From: Selaginella moellendorffii
Lineage: Eukaryota; Plantae; Lycopodiophyta
DNA length: 64,000 nucleotides
Assembly (NCBI RefSeq): GCF_000143415.4
Contig: NW_003314316.1
Coordinates: 874,669-938,668 of the forward strand
Reading direction: 5' to 3'
Shown: one piece after another, positions 34,355-44,547 of the stretch
How positions within the stretch are numbered: position 1 is the first letter of the stretch
How the letters are laid out: each line of letters starts with the position of its first letter
Position numbers and translations under genes: made by a program
Notes under the pieces: generated by a model
Seen by the model: only the letters and a program-made list of their open reading frames with translations
What the model was told of the DNA's origin: nothing
The model's database searches: none

Positions 34355-36595
34355 TTAGAATGTGATCACTTGACAAGAGCAATGTCCCAAGTCCCCCAGA
34401 AAGTCCACACCATTCGGCAACTTCATGGTATGCCAGCAAACATTCTGGTTCACCTTGCCGCCTCTAACCGGCGCGATCACCACAATCAAGGCCGGCCCCA
34501 TCGTCCCAACCATGTAGAGCTTCCCGTTACTCCCAGCCATGGCGGACACCAGCCTGGGATCCCACTCGAGCAAAGAGTCCGCGTTCTTCCCTTTGACTGG
34601 CAGCCAGCTATCCTTCTCGGCAACGTACTGCTGGTAGCACCCAAAGTCGAGCGTGTAGAGCAAACCATCCATGACTGTGCTTGCTTTCCCCCACCCCGAT
34701 CTGAGCCCCGGCTTGATCTCCAGCCACGAGTCCGACTCGGGGTCATACATCCCTGCGTTGATTCTTCCGGTCACGTTTTGTGGTCCTATGACGCAAAGCT
34801 TGTCGTCCACTACGGCGATGTACTTGAGCGGGCTGCATGGATGAGCCGTGACGATTCCCCGAGCACTGGCTTTGTAGCTCCAACTATCCGTCTTTGGATT
34901 GTAGACCTCGAGGCACGGGAGGGAGTAGCCTGTGAGGTGACAGATTCCCGAGCCACCGATGACGTAGAGCTTGCCTTTGATTGTAGCTGCGAGGCAGGCG
35001 AAGCGGGGGGTGATCATCTGTGCCGCTCGCTTCCATCGGTTTCGTAGAGGGTTGTAAACCCAGACGTCCCTAAGAGGTAAAGGTGAGATTGTCAGTTTGG
35101 TGCTAGCTCTCAATTCCCACAGCACGAACATGAAGTGACAAACACGTAAAGTAAGCGGAGCAAAGATGCCAGGGACTAACGAAAGAGAAAGCCTGAGGGT
35201 CACAAGTGAGTGTAGTCCAAAAAAGAAGAGAAGAAAATAATGCATCAAAGAGAGGAAGATACCAACGATAGAACGCGCAATGACAAAGACTGAAACGCGT
35301 CATAGAGAAACAATGCTGGACGGGAAGAAAAGGACACCCTCCTGTAGCTTACGACGACCAAAGTGATAATTCGAGAAGCACAATGCCAGTGCAAGCAATC
35401 ATCATCCAACCCAAACAAACATAGAACAAGGAAAACCACCAAGATCATTGTCTCTCAAACACAAACAATCATCAAGTCGACCACAAAGCACTGACAAGAG
35501 AACCACACCTCCAAGAGCATTGTTTCTCAAACACAAACACTCATCAAGTCGACCACAAAGTACTGACAAGAGAAGCACACCACCAAGGGCATTGTTTCTC
35601 AAACACAAACAATCGTCAAGTCGACCACAAAGCACTGACAAGAGAACCACCAAGAACATACGGAAAAACAAACCAATTCCCAAGAACACAACAAGGTAGA
35701 GTAGAGTACCTGATGGCAGCTTTTCCAAATGGAGCTCCTCCAATGACGAAGAGATTCCCGTTCATCACCACCGAGGTAGCGCCCAGCACGACCTGGCCCC
35801 CCGTCACCGATTCATCGTATGGAATTGGCGGAAGAGCGTGCCATTTGTATCTGTAAGGATCCAGCGCGTGCCACAAGCTAAATCCCCCGACTAGCTGCCA
35901 CTTGCCACCGCTGCTACTCCCCCTCTTGGACGATCCATCGCGGTCCCGGCGCTCGTCCAGATGCGGGGACGTCCCAACGTGGAGATAGAGCCAATCCTCG
36001 GCGCATCCCAGGAGCCGGCGCTGCTCCACGAAATCCGGCGTCTCCACGATCCATCGCCAGGACCGACACACCGCGCGGAGGAGGCAGTGCTCCACGCGAG
36101 GAACCCTAGCCAGGCATTGGAGCGCGACGTCGTGTGGGAGGCCGGGGATGAGAGACCACTCGCCGGCTGGAGCTTGGACCTCCTCGAAGAGAATGGAGGT
36201 GGATTTCTTGACGATCTTGATCTTGTTGCGCGGATTCTTGCGCGACGGCGTGCTGCATTCTCCTCCTCCCGGCGCTGGCGCTGGCGCCGGGGCTTGGTGC
36301 TGCTCGGATGCGACCACGCGATTCCTGCCGCCCCTGCCGCCTGCGATGGATGGATCAATCGATCCGAGAGGGTGAGACGAGAGATATTTCGATCGATCGA
36401 GAGTGACTGACCTAGGAACAATCTCACGCGGAGCTTCTTGACGAATCTCCACAGCTGCCCGGCGCGCTTCCGGATGTAGAGCTTTTGCCTGTGCAATCGC
36501 CTCTGGAATCTCATCCCCAGGCACGAGGAATGCGGTGCCTGGGACGAAGACATGGCCAAACCCATGGACAGATCGAAGATCTCCTGCTGGATCAT
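34355..36595 (-). CDS. F-box/kelch-repeat protein; exons 36595-36412, 36340-35710, 35069-34355
   Basis: F-box LIPGLPHDVALQCLARVPR...VCRSWR and kelch repeats (LFVIGG, VWVYNPLRNRW, LYVIGG, EVYNPKTDSW). Introns of 71 and 640 bp join three ORF-track frames in phase. The start could be ATG 36595, 36565 or 36553. Confidence 0.9.
35440..35654. repeat. 72-bp minisatellite x3 in intron 2 of the F-box/kelch gene
   Basis: The unit CATTGT(C/T)TCTCAAACACAAAC...GTCGACCACAAAG recurs at 35446, 35518 and 35590. Confidence 0.95.
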
Positions 36596-36911
36596 TCGAT
36601 TTCGATCGGCAGCAGCATCAAGAATGTAGCAAGGGCGCCCCAAAATCCGCGCCGCTACAAGAGGTCGAGCAAGAACATCACATGAAAGCCAAGAGCGCCA
36701 AGCAAGGAAGAGAAGAGAGGATCCTCTGGAGAGGGATGGAGAGGAAGAACCCTAAAGAAACCATGGGAATTTTTCTATGGGCATTGTCCTTTGCTGGTGG
36801 TGATGATAAATGGAATATATCCCTCTCTGACTATTCAAGAATCAAGGTGGTGATCAAGTCAGCAACCACATACCCCACTAAAATTTTTTGAAAACCATTT
36901 AATCTTATAAA

Positions 36912-36961
36912 TGTGTGTGTGTGTGTGTGTGTGTGAGTGAGAGAGAGAGAGAGAGAGAGAG
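36912..36961. repeat. Compound (TG)n(AG)n microsatellite
   Basis: Seen directly. Confidence 0.95.
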
Positions 36962-38052
36962 GATAGCATAGCATTTCAGAAGTGAGAGAGGATAGCATAG
37001 CATTTGAGAAGTGGGCACCTATTTTGTAATCTCAAGATTGCATGATAGTGACCACCAAATGGTGAACACTAAATCTTTGCACCACATTTGCCCCAAAAGC
37101 GAGAAACAAACAGCAAGGTTCTGATGGTCCCAGCTCTACACATGCCTTAGCAAAGAAAAGAGCAACAGCAACCACTAGTCCTACAGATTGAAAGTTGCTG
37201 AAACAGAATAGGTTCAGAAGAAATTGACCATGCCGACTCCACCCACTCTGCAGTTTATTGCAACTTGCGGGAGATTTTATCAGACAGGAATCAAGGGTCT
37301 CCATCTCTGCTATAAATCCTGCTCGTCCAAATGCTGCTTGTAGTGTGACATCACAATCACCGTCTATAAAGTCTCTGCATGGTACTAAACTCCCCTGCCT
37401 CGAGCCCTAGTCAGAAAAAACTGCAGCTCACAAGACAAGATCTCCACATCATGAACCTGCAATTATTGCATTTGTTGACATTTAGCTTGATGGATCATCG
37501 CTGATCTCATTCATCAATCCCTGAACAAAAGAAAGAGTTAAACAAAGCCCACTCCCCTCTGGAGAAAACAAAGCAGAAAGAGACGCAAAGAGGTGACTGA
37601 TTGATTGACCTGAGGATCCAAATGTCAAATTTGTCAATGCGGCAAAGACACAAATTTCTTCTTTCCTTCCCTACTTTATACTTAGAAAAACATATTATAA
37701 TCCCAATGTGTGTGTCCTCACCTGCGTGTGCACAGGCTGCTGCTGCTCGCGGCTTTAACAAAAGAAAATAGATAAAAGTAAATAACTAAAAAATATTCCA
37801 GCACTAGGAAACCGCCCCTGCATCATGCTTCCAACTCTTTAGGATTCTTTATCGCTATCCAGGTCCAAATACTAAATTATGTATCATATAATTATATACT
37901 CCGTGTTGAAACTTCCACCAGCACCACCATGATCTGTGTATAAGAATCCAGAGAAAAGCATTAGAAAAATCACGGAAAGACGGCTTGAAACGATTACAAA
38001 ATTGACTAATGGATGCTCTTGGACAAGCAAGTTGGCAAATGCGTATAGTTTT

Positions 38053-40317
38053 CTATGCTTCGTCAACTCTTATCAATGAGGGAGAAGAACCTTGGAGCTG
38101 TATCATGTTGCTTAGCAGTACGTACGACGATCCATGCTTGGAATTCAAGTTAACACCCAAAGACCGAGTCGCTCGAGCACCTCGCCTCGCATCTTTGTGA
38201 TCACTGCAAGCCGCGAGGAGCGAATTCACGTCGAGAGAATCTGGAACAAAGGGCATGCTTGCGAGGAGCTCCTCGGCATCATCCAGTCGCCCCGCTCGTC
38301 CCAGCAGTCCCACCATGCAGCAGTAGTGCTGCTTCTCGGGTTTCAATCCGCAGTCCGCCACCATTGTGTGGAAGCACCGGAATCCGGCGCGGAGCTGGCC
38401 GCGATGGCTGCATGCCAGCAGCAAACAAGTCAGAGAGATCCCGTCCGGAGCATCGGTCGTGAAGATGGTGTGGAACATCTCGAGCGCCAGGTGAAAGTGA
38501 TCGCCATTCGCAGCGAGGGCGACGAGCATCGAGTTCCAGGTGAGGATGTTCTGCTGCTCGAGAGTGTCGAAGATCTCCCTGGCCTTGTGGAGGTTTCCCG
38601 AGTGAGAGTAAGCGGCAAGAAGATGATTCCATGACGCGAGATCGCGCGGAGCTTCCATGGCGTAGAAGCACTCCTTGGCCTCGTGAAGATGCCCGTTTTG
38701 GGCGTAGCCAGCGAGCATCGCGTTCCAGGAGACGGTGTTCCTGTGCGCCATTCGATCGAAGAAAGCTTTCGCGTGATCCACATACCCGTGCTGGGCATAC
38801 GCGGATAGCATCGCGTTTAGAGAGACTTGATCCCACTCTTTCATCCGATCGAACACTCGCTTGGCCTCCTCGAACTCGCCATTCTGTGCGAAGGATGACA
38901 GGAGCGAGTTCCACGAAACGAGATTTCTCTCCGGCATTGTATCGAAGATCTCCGCCACCTTTCGCAAATGCCCGTGTTGGGCATATGCAGAGACCATGCA
39001 AGTCCACGAAACAAGATCTAGCTCCTTCATCCTGCAAAAGATCCCCTCGGCCTCGCGGAGAAATCCCCCCGCGGCATACCCCGAGAGCATCGCATTCCAG
39101 CACGCGAGGCTTCGCTCGGGCATGAGATCGAAGAACTCCCTGGCGCCCTCCAAATCCCCGAGCTCCGAGTAGCCGCTCACCATGACGCACCACGAGACGA
39201 GGTTCCACTCGGGCATCCTGGCGAAGAAGACATGGCGCGCGTCTTCGACGAGGCCATTGAGCGCCAGCGCGGTGAGGAGCGCGTTCCAGGAGACGATGTT
39301 GCGCTGCCGCATTCGATCGAATTCCTCCCTGGCTTGTGCCGGGCAGCCGCTCTGGCCGTAGGCCGCCACCATCGCCGTCCTGGAAATGAGATCTGGCTGG
39401 GCGATGCTGTCGAAAACCTCGCGCGCGGCGTCGATCTGGCCGGCTTGCGCGAGCATCGAGACGAGGAGCGTGGCGGAGGATTGATTCCTCTCCGGCATGC
39501 GATCGAACAGCGCCCTGGCATCGTCGATCAAGCCCTGGTGGGAGTATGCGGAGATTAGGGTATTCCACGCCACGAGGTCGTGAAGGGGCATGGAATCGAA
39601 CACGCGCTTAGCGTCTTGCAAATGCCCGTTATGGGCAAATGCCGAAAGAAGCGCATTCCAAGAGACATGGTTCCATTCACCCATAGATTTAAAGAGTTGA
39701 AGCGCTGAATTTGGATAACCAGATAGGGCATATCCGGTGAGCATAGCAGTGAATGAAATAGTATCTCTTTCGGGCATTCTCTTAAAGAGGTCTTTAGCTT
39801 GCTCTAGATGCCGTGAAAGGGCATATGCTGAGAGCATCGCGTTCCAGGCTACGAGATTCCTTTCTCGCATTGAATCGAAAATTTCTCTTGCCTCTTTGAT
39901 TTGGGATTTTTTGGTATGCGCACAGAGCATTGCAGTCCAGGAATGCACGTCCCAGGTCGGCATCCTGGCGAATATTCTCTTAGATTCCCGGAGATTCCCA
40001 ACGCGGGCATATGCAGAGAGCATGGCAGTGGCGGAGATTTGATCCTTGGTCGGCATTTCATCGAAAACGGACCGGGCATTTGTGGTGTCGCCGAGTTGTG
40101 CGTAGGCGGAGATCATCACCACCCATGCAAAGGAATCTCTCCTCGAAGGAACGATGTTGTCAAAAACGCGCCTGGCATCTTCGACGCTTCCCAATCTGGC
40201 GTAGCCCTGGATCAAAAAGCTCGCCACCTTGGGATCGATCTCCCGTTCCATGAGATTCTCGTGGACGCGTTTCAGCTCATGCAAGGATTTGCAAGACTGG
40301 ATCAAAGCAATGCTCAT
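38053..40317 (-). CDS. PLS-class pentatricopeptide repeat protein with an E domain (PPR-C, 754 aa)
   Basis: Intronless ORF with roughly 18 tandem ~31-aa repeats, ending LACSHRG...HYCCMVGLLGRAG...MPFVPD...SSYVLLSNM. No DYW domain. Confidence 0.94.
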   Translation of the reverse strand: MSIALIQSCKSLHELKRVHENLMEREIDPKVASFLIQGYARLGSVEDARRVFDNIVPSRRDSFAWVVMISAYAQLGDTTNARSVFDEMPTKDQISATAMLSAYARVGNLRESKRIFARMPTWDVHSWTAMLCAHTKKSQIKEAREIFDSMRERNLVAWNAMLSAYALSRHLEQAKDLFKRMPERDTISFTAMLTGYALSGYPNSALQLFKSMGEWNHVSWNALLSAFAHNGHLQDAKRVFDSMPLHDLVAWNTLISAYSHQGLIDDARALFDRMPERNQSSATLLVSMLAQAGQIDAAREVFDSIAQPDLISRTAMVAAYGQSGCPAQAREEFDRMRQRNIVSWNALLTALALNGLVEDARHVFFARMPEWNLVSWCVMVSGYSELGDLEGAREFFDLMPERSLACWNAMLSGYAAGGFLREAEGIFCRMKELDLVSWTCMVSAYAQHGHLRKVAEIFDTMPERNLVSWNSLLSSFAQNGEFEEAKRVFDRMKEWDQVSLNAMLSAYAQHGYVDHAKAFFDRMAHRNTVSWNAMLAGYAQNGHLHEAKECFYAMEAPRDLASWNHLLAAYSHSGNLHKAREIFDTLEQQNILTWNSMLVALAANGDHFHLALEMFHTIFTTDAPDGISLTCLLLACSHRGQLRAGFRCFHTMVADCGLKPEKQHYCCMVGLLGRAGRLDDAEELLASMPFVPDSLDVNSLLAACSDHKDARRGARATRSLGVNLNSKHGSSYVLLSNMIQLQGSSPSLIRVDEA

Positions 40318-40821
40318 TTTAGGTCATATAAAGAAAGATAGATTCCATTATTTTAAAGGAAAAGTGCCCTAGAACAGGGCGAGCCCTAACCCTCCCCTAA
40401 GTAGATATTTAATTTTCTTAATTTCTTAGTGCACACGCAAAGAAGAACAGAAGAGCGAATCTCACTTTTCTGCTTTATTCCTGTTAATGGGTTGTCAAAA
40501 TCAGCCAAGTACTTGATCTGGCTTTCAAAAGTCGAGACTTTGTGTGTACAAAAGAAAGAATGTGGGCTCTTTTTCTCTCTGTCTCTGTCTCTCTCTCTCT
40601 CTCGACGTAAAAACTTTAGAAAAGTCGTAGACCAGGGACCGCAAACACATTTGACAATCGCCCGTCTACATAGACTACGCTTTCTCCCAGAAACAAATCC
40701 TTATTTTTAAAGGAGTACTGTAAAAAGCAAACAGCAGTAGCACGAAATAGGCCTCCTCTCCTGGGAGAAAGAGAGCGAGAGAGAAAGAGGGAGCGGGCGG
40801 CTTTGGCGAGAAAAGGGGGCC

Positions 40822-42666
40822 ATGCCTTCCTCGGCGGAGATGGATTTGATCACTGCCAAGCCACCCACGAAGGTATCTCGGCGATTTTGGATCTAGAGTT
40901 TAGACAATGCCGTGATGTTCTTGGACTGGAATTGTTCGATTCAATCGATGTTGCTCGCAGGGAAGGAGTGCTGCGTATCTTATGTGCTGGCTTTTGGGAC
41001 TTGGATCTTTGTTTACTTGGAACAGTATGCTCACAGTCATGGATTACTACTCCCACGTCTTCCCGGTTTGTGGGAGCTCTCCTTTTGGAGCTTGGACTCT
41101 CTAACTTCAGTTTTTCTCTCTTTTGTCTTATAGGACTATCATCCTTCGCGTGTTCTTACGCTCGTCTATCAGCCCTTTGCTGTCATCACAGTGGGAATTC
41201 TCACATACTACGAGGCTAAAGTCGATACGCGATTCAGGATCTTGTTTGGTTTTTCGGTGTTCTTCGTATCCTCGACGCTCGTCCCTATTGTAAGTGACCG
41301 ACCATTGTGATTTGTCTTCTCTGGTTTGCGTTTTTTCTACTCAAGATTCGTTGAAAATGTATGGACTTTCAATGATTCAGTGCTGAGATATTTTGTGGGT
41401 GTGTCGGTGGTGAAGCTGGACTTGGCAACCTCCGGCCATGGAGGCATCGGACCTTACATTGGAGTGTGCGCCTTGAGCGCTTGCTTCGGCCTTGCCGATG
41501 CATTCGTTCAAGGTGGCATTGTTGGAGACTTATCTTACATGCATCCAAACTTCCTTCAGGTAAAATCATATGTCTTCGAATTTTTTCTCATCCTTGCAAT
41601 GTTTTCTTGGTGATTTTCTTGCAGTCATTCTCAGCAGGACTCGCTGCTTCTGGTGCTGCCACTTCGGGCCTACGATTGATCACCAAAGCTTCGTTTCCAG
41701 ACACGAAAGTTGGACTTCGCAAAGGAGCTCGTAAGTTCATATAAAGTCGGTGTCATCTGATGGTCCATCTCTTTTCTTTTTCCAGTGACTTTCTTTTTCA
41801 TCTCGGCTTTCTTCGAGCTCCTGTGCTTGATCCTCTACGCCGTGGTTTTCCCAAAGCTTGACATGGTCAAACACTACCGGAAAACTGCGGCTTTGGAAGG
41901 TGCCACCACAGTAAACGCTGATCTTGCTGCAGCCGGAGTCGTCGTCAATGATCTCGAAAGGGTTCGTTTTCGTTTGAATCGCAAAGCTAGATACTGATAA
42001 GATCTCTCTGAATCATCAGGACTCCGAAAAAGGAAACACCAGGCTTTCTAGCCTCGCTCTTCTCTCACAAAATGTCGACTACGCATTTGATCTGTTCGCC
42101 ATTTACGTTTTAACTCTATCGATCTTCCCGGGATTTCTAGCCGAGGATACGGGATCACACAGCCTGGGATCATGGTAAGCTGGTTGCTTTGATTTTCCAA
42201 TCTCTCGTGGAACTTCACGACAAACATCTACAGGTACGTTGTTGTTCTAATTACGATGTATAACTTGGGAGACTTGGTTGGAAGATATCTTCCTTTGATC
42301 AAAGCCATCAAGATCAAGTCGAGAGTGGGAATTTTGGCGGCCGTGGTGGCGAGGTTTGCTTTTATACCTGCCTTTTATCTCACGGCCAAGTATGGTGACC
42401 AAGGATGGATGCTCATGCTGTGCATTCTTCTCGGAATCACCAATGGACACCTCACTGTTTGTGTTCTTGTTGAGGCCCCCAGAGGCTACAAGGTATGTAG
42501 CGATTCCGTCTCTTAAGTTTGCTCCTTTTAAATTTTCTCTCTGTGTTTTTTTTTTCAGGGACCGGAGCAAAATGCTATTGGAAACATTCTTGTGTTTTTT
42601 CTACTCGGAGGAATTTTTGCGGGTGTAACCCTTGACTGGCTGTGGCTAATTGGGAAGGGCTGGTGA
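40822..42666 (+). CDS. ENT: Equilibrative nucleoside transporter (ENT3-like), about 9 exons
   Basis: Exon peptides GLGSLFTWNSMLTV.DYY, YHPSRVLTLVYQPFA, DAFVQGGIVGDLS, LTLSIFPGFL, MYNLGDLVGRYLP, TNGHLTVCV..APRGYKGPEQNAIGN, ending LDWLWLIGKGW*. Short GT-AG introns. Confidence 0.93.
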
Positions 42667-42952
42667 CATTAATTCAAATATATATGTACATACTGTATAC
42701 ATTAAGATCAGTCCCAAATGAGTCCATATAGCCAAGGTAATATATGTATATACATATATATATTTACAAACTTTACAATTGGTCATTTCTGATTTATTTT
42801 AAATTCTTTACTGAAGCTGTGCCTGCATTAAAAATTACAACTAACACCAAGAAGAGTGCTGAAGCTGTGGCCAGCATTACATAATAATCTACACCAGGAA
42901 GAAAAGATCATACTGCCTCTTCTTTTTAGAGGCCCATGTCTAATCTTCTTAC

Positions 42953-44341
42953 TCAATCCTCTGAATTGGTGCTCGAGCTATCGAGCAAAAAGAGGTGCTC
43001 CTTGTCCTCCTTCCTGTGATGTCGCTCGTCCTTAAAATCCCTCACCATAATCCACAGCAGTGGAAAGCTGAGTGACATGAGAATCCAGTTGAGGCACAGC
43101 TGAGGCATCAAAGCCATCTCGCTCGCATCAAGCTGCCAAGCCACCGCCGCTCCAGCGCTCTGGAGACCCTTGTAAAATCCTCCATAGCGGCTCAAAGTCT
43201 GGACCTCCCCACTCATCTCCCCCATGACCCAGTAGCACAGCGTCTGGAACATCGCGTCGAGCAGGCCAAAGCACGAGTAGAGCACGAACGGGCCCAGGAA
43301 CTGGAAGCCATCGGTGAAATCCAGCGGGACTCCATGCGGAAGACGACGGCGAGAGTAATTTGTCTGGTTGACGAACGCGGCAGCCCAGATGAGCGTCGAG
43401 GCGGCCGCGACGAGGAGAATTCCCAGGTGAGCGCGCGATCGAGAGCTGGGGCTGGATTTGTCGAGCACTCTTCCTGCTAGAACCGAGCCAAGCATCTGTG
43501 CCGACCAGTAGACAACGTTGTTGAGGCCGCGAGTTCTCACGTCGAAGAGCAAGCCATTCACGTTGTTGAACTGGTAAGTGTAGAAGAAGTTGCTGGCGAT
43601 GCATGCCGGGACGAACGCTAGCATCCTCGGATCACGAAAGAGCTTGAGTATCTCCCAGCACTCGGTCGCAACATCGGTGTGGAGCGCGGAGATCACCTGG
43701 GTTCCATCCTCGCGCGCCACTTGATCCGGCTGGACGAGCTTGAGCGAGAGAATGCTCCCACACAGCATCACCACGATGAATGCGATGTAAGTGGTGTCGT
43801 TGACGGAGTGAGAGGAGCTTCGATCGCGGCTAAAGTTGAGGAAGAATGGGATCAATCCGCCCACCACGCCACCCATGTTGAAAACGCTCCAAAAAATGGA
43901 GATGTAGAGGCCCTTGTCTCGCTCCGGAGGATAGGACATGAGGATGGATCCCTGCCCTGCCCAGAGAAGCCCGGCCCCAAACCCTAGCAATCCCCCGGCG
44001 AGGACGACGAGCCTCTCGTCGTGGCTGTGGTTGTAGCGCAGGAAGGAGGCGACGTAGAGCGCGTAGAAGACGCTGCCGACCAGGACAGTGATCCTCGGCC
44101 CCAAAATATTGTTGAATCCGCCGCCGAGGAGGCCGAAGATCGCGAATGCCGCGTAGAGCGCCGTGAGGGCTCGATTGGCGGCGTGGGGATCGACCTGGCC
44201 GCCGCCGCCCATCCCTGTGAGCGCCGAGAACATCCCCGGGCAGCAGAAGCACACCGCGCCGACGAGAATCACCTGTCCCATGGGCGTTCGTAGGCGAGGA
44301 AGCAGCGCCATTGCTCCTCCCCCGGTGCGCCATAGCGCCAT
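42953..44341 (-). CDS. UNC-93-like major facilitator superfamily membrane protein (462 aa)
   Basis: Intronless ORF with family motifs QVILVGAVCFCCPGMFSAL.GMGGGG, GAGLLWAGQG.I..SYP, SNFFYTYQFN, GFYKGLQSAGAAVAW. Many TM segments. Confidence 0.93.
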   Translation of the reverse strand: MALWRTGGGAMALLPRLRTPMGQVILVGAVCFCCPGMFSALTGMGGGGQVDPHAANRALTALYAAFAIFGLLGGGFNNILGPRITVLVGSVFYALYVASFLRYNHSHDERLVVLAGGLLGFGAGLLWAGQGSILMSYPPERDKGLYISIFWSVFNMGGVVGGLIPFFLNFSRDRSSSHSVNDTTYIAFIVVMLCGSILSLKLVQPDQVAREDGTQVISALHTDVATECWEILKLFRDPRMLAFVPACIASNFFYTYQFNNVNGLLFDVRTRGLNNVVYWSAQMLGSVLAGRVLDKSSPSSRSRAHLGILLVAAASTLIWAAAFVNQTNYSRRRLPHGVPLDFTDGFQFLGPFVLYSCFGLLDAMFQTLCYWVMGEMSGEVQTLSRYGGFYKGLQSAGAAVAWQLDASEMALMPQLCLNWILMSLSFPLLWIMVRDFKDERHHRKEDKEHLFLLDSSSTNSED

Positions 44342-44547
44342 AGCGCTCGAGCGAAGCTCCCCCGTTTCTGCCCTAAATGCGCCAAGTTTAAAATTCCCGA
44401 AAAGAAACTCATGGGGGGTATATTCTTTGTAGCATAACGGCGGGAAAACGCAAAAGTAAGGGCAAAGTTTAGGGTTCTTGGCGGAGGGAGAAATATTTCG
44501 CAGTGATCGATCGATCGATCGATCTAGAGCGGAGCACGGCCGGCGCC

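Noticed and set aside
36412-36565. DVL/RTFL-like peptide (RQKLYIRKRAGQLW)
   Set aside because: It lacks the conserved Cys/LLCW end and splices in frame into the F-box exon, so it is better explained as exon 1.
38134-39568. Long alternative-frame and antisense ORFs over PPR-C (likewise over UNC-93, WIP, NF-YC and the F-box gene)
   Set aside because: Shadow ORFs caused by high GC3 codon usage; no domains.
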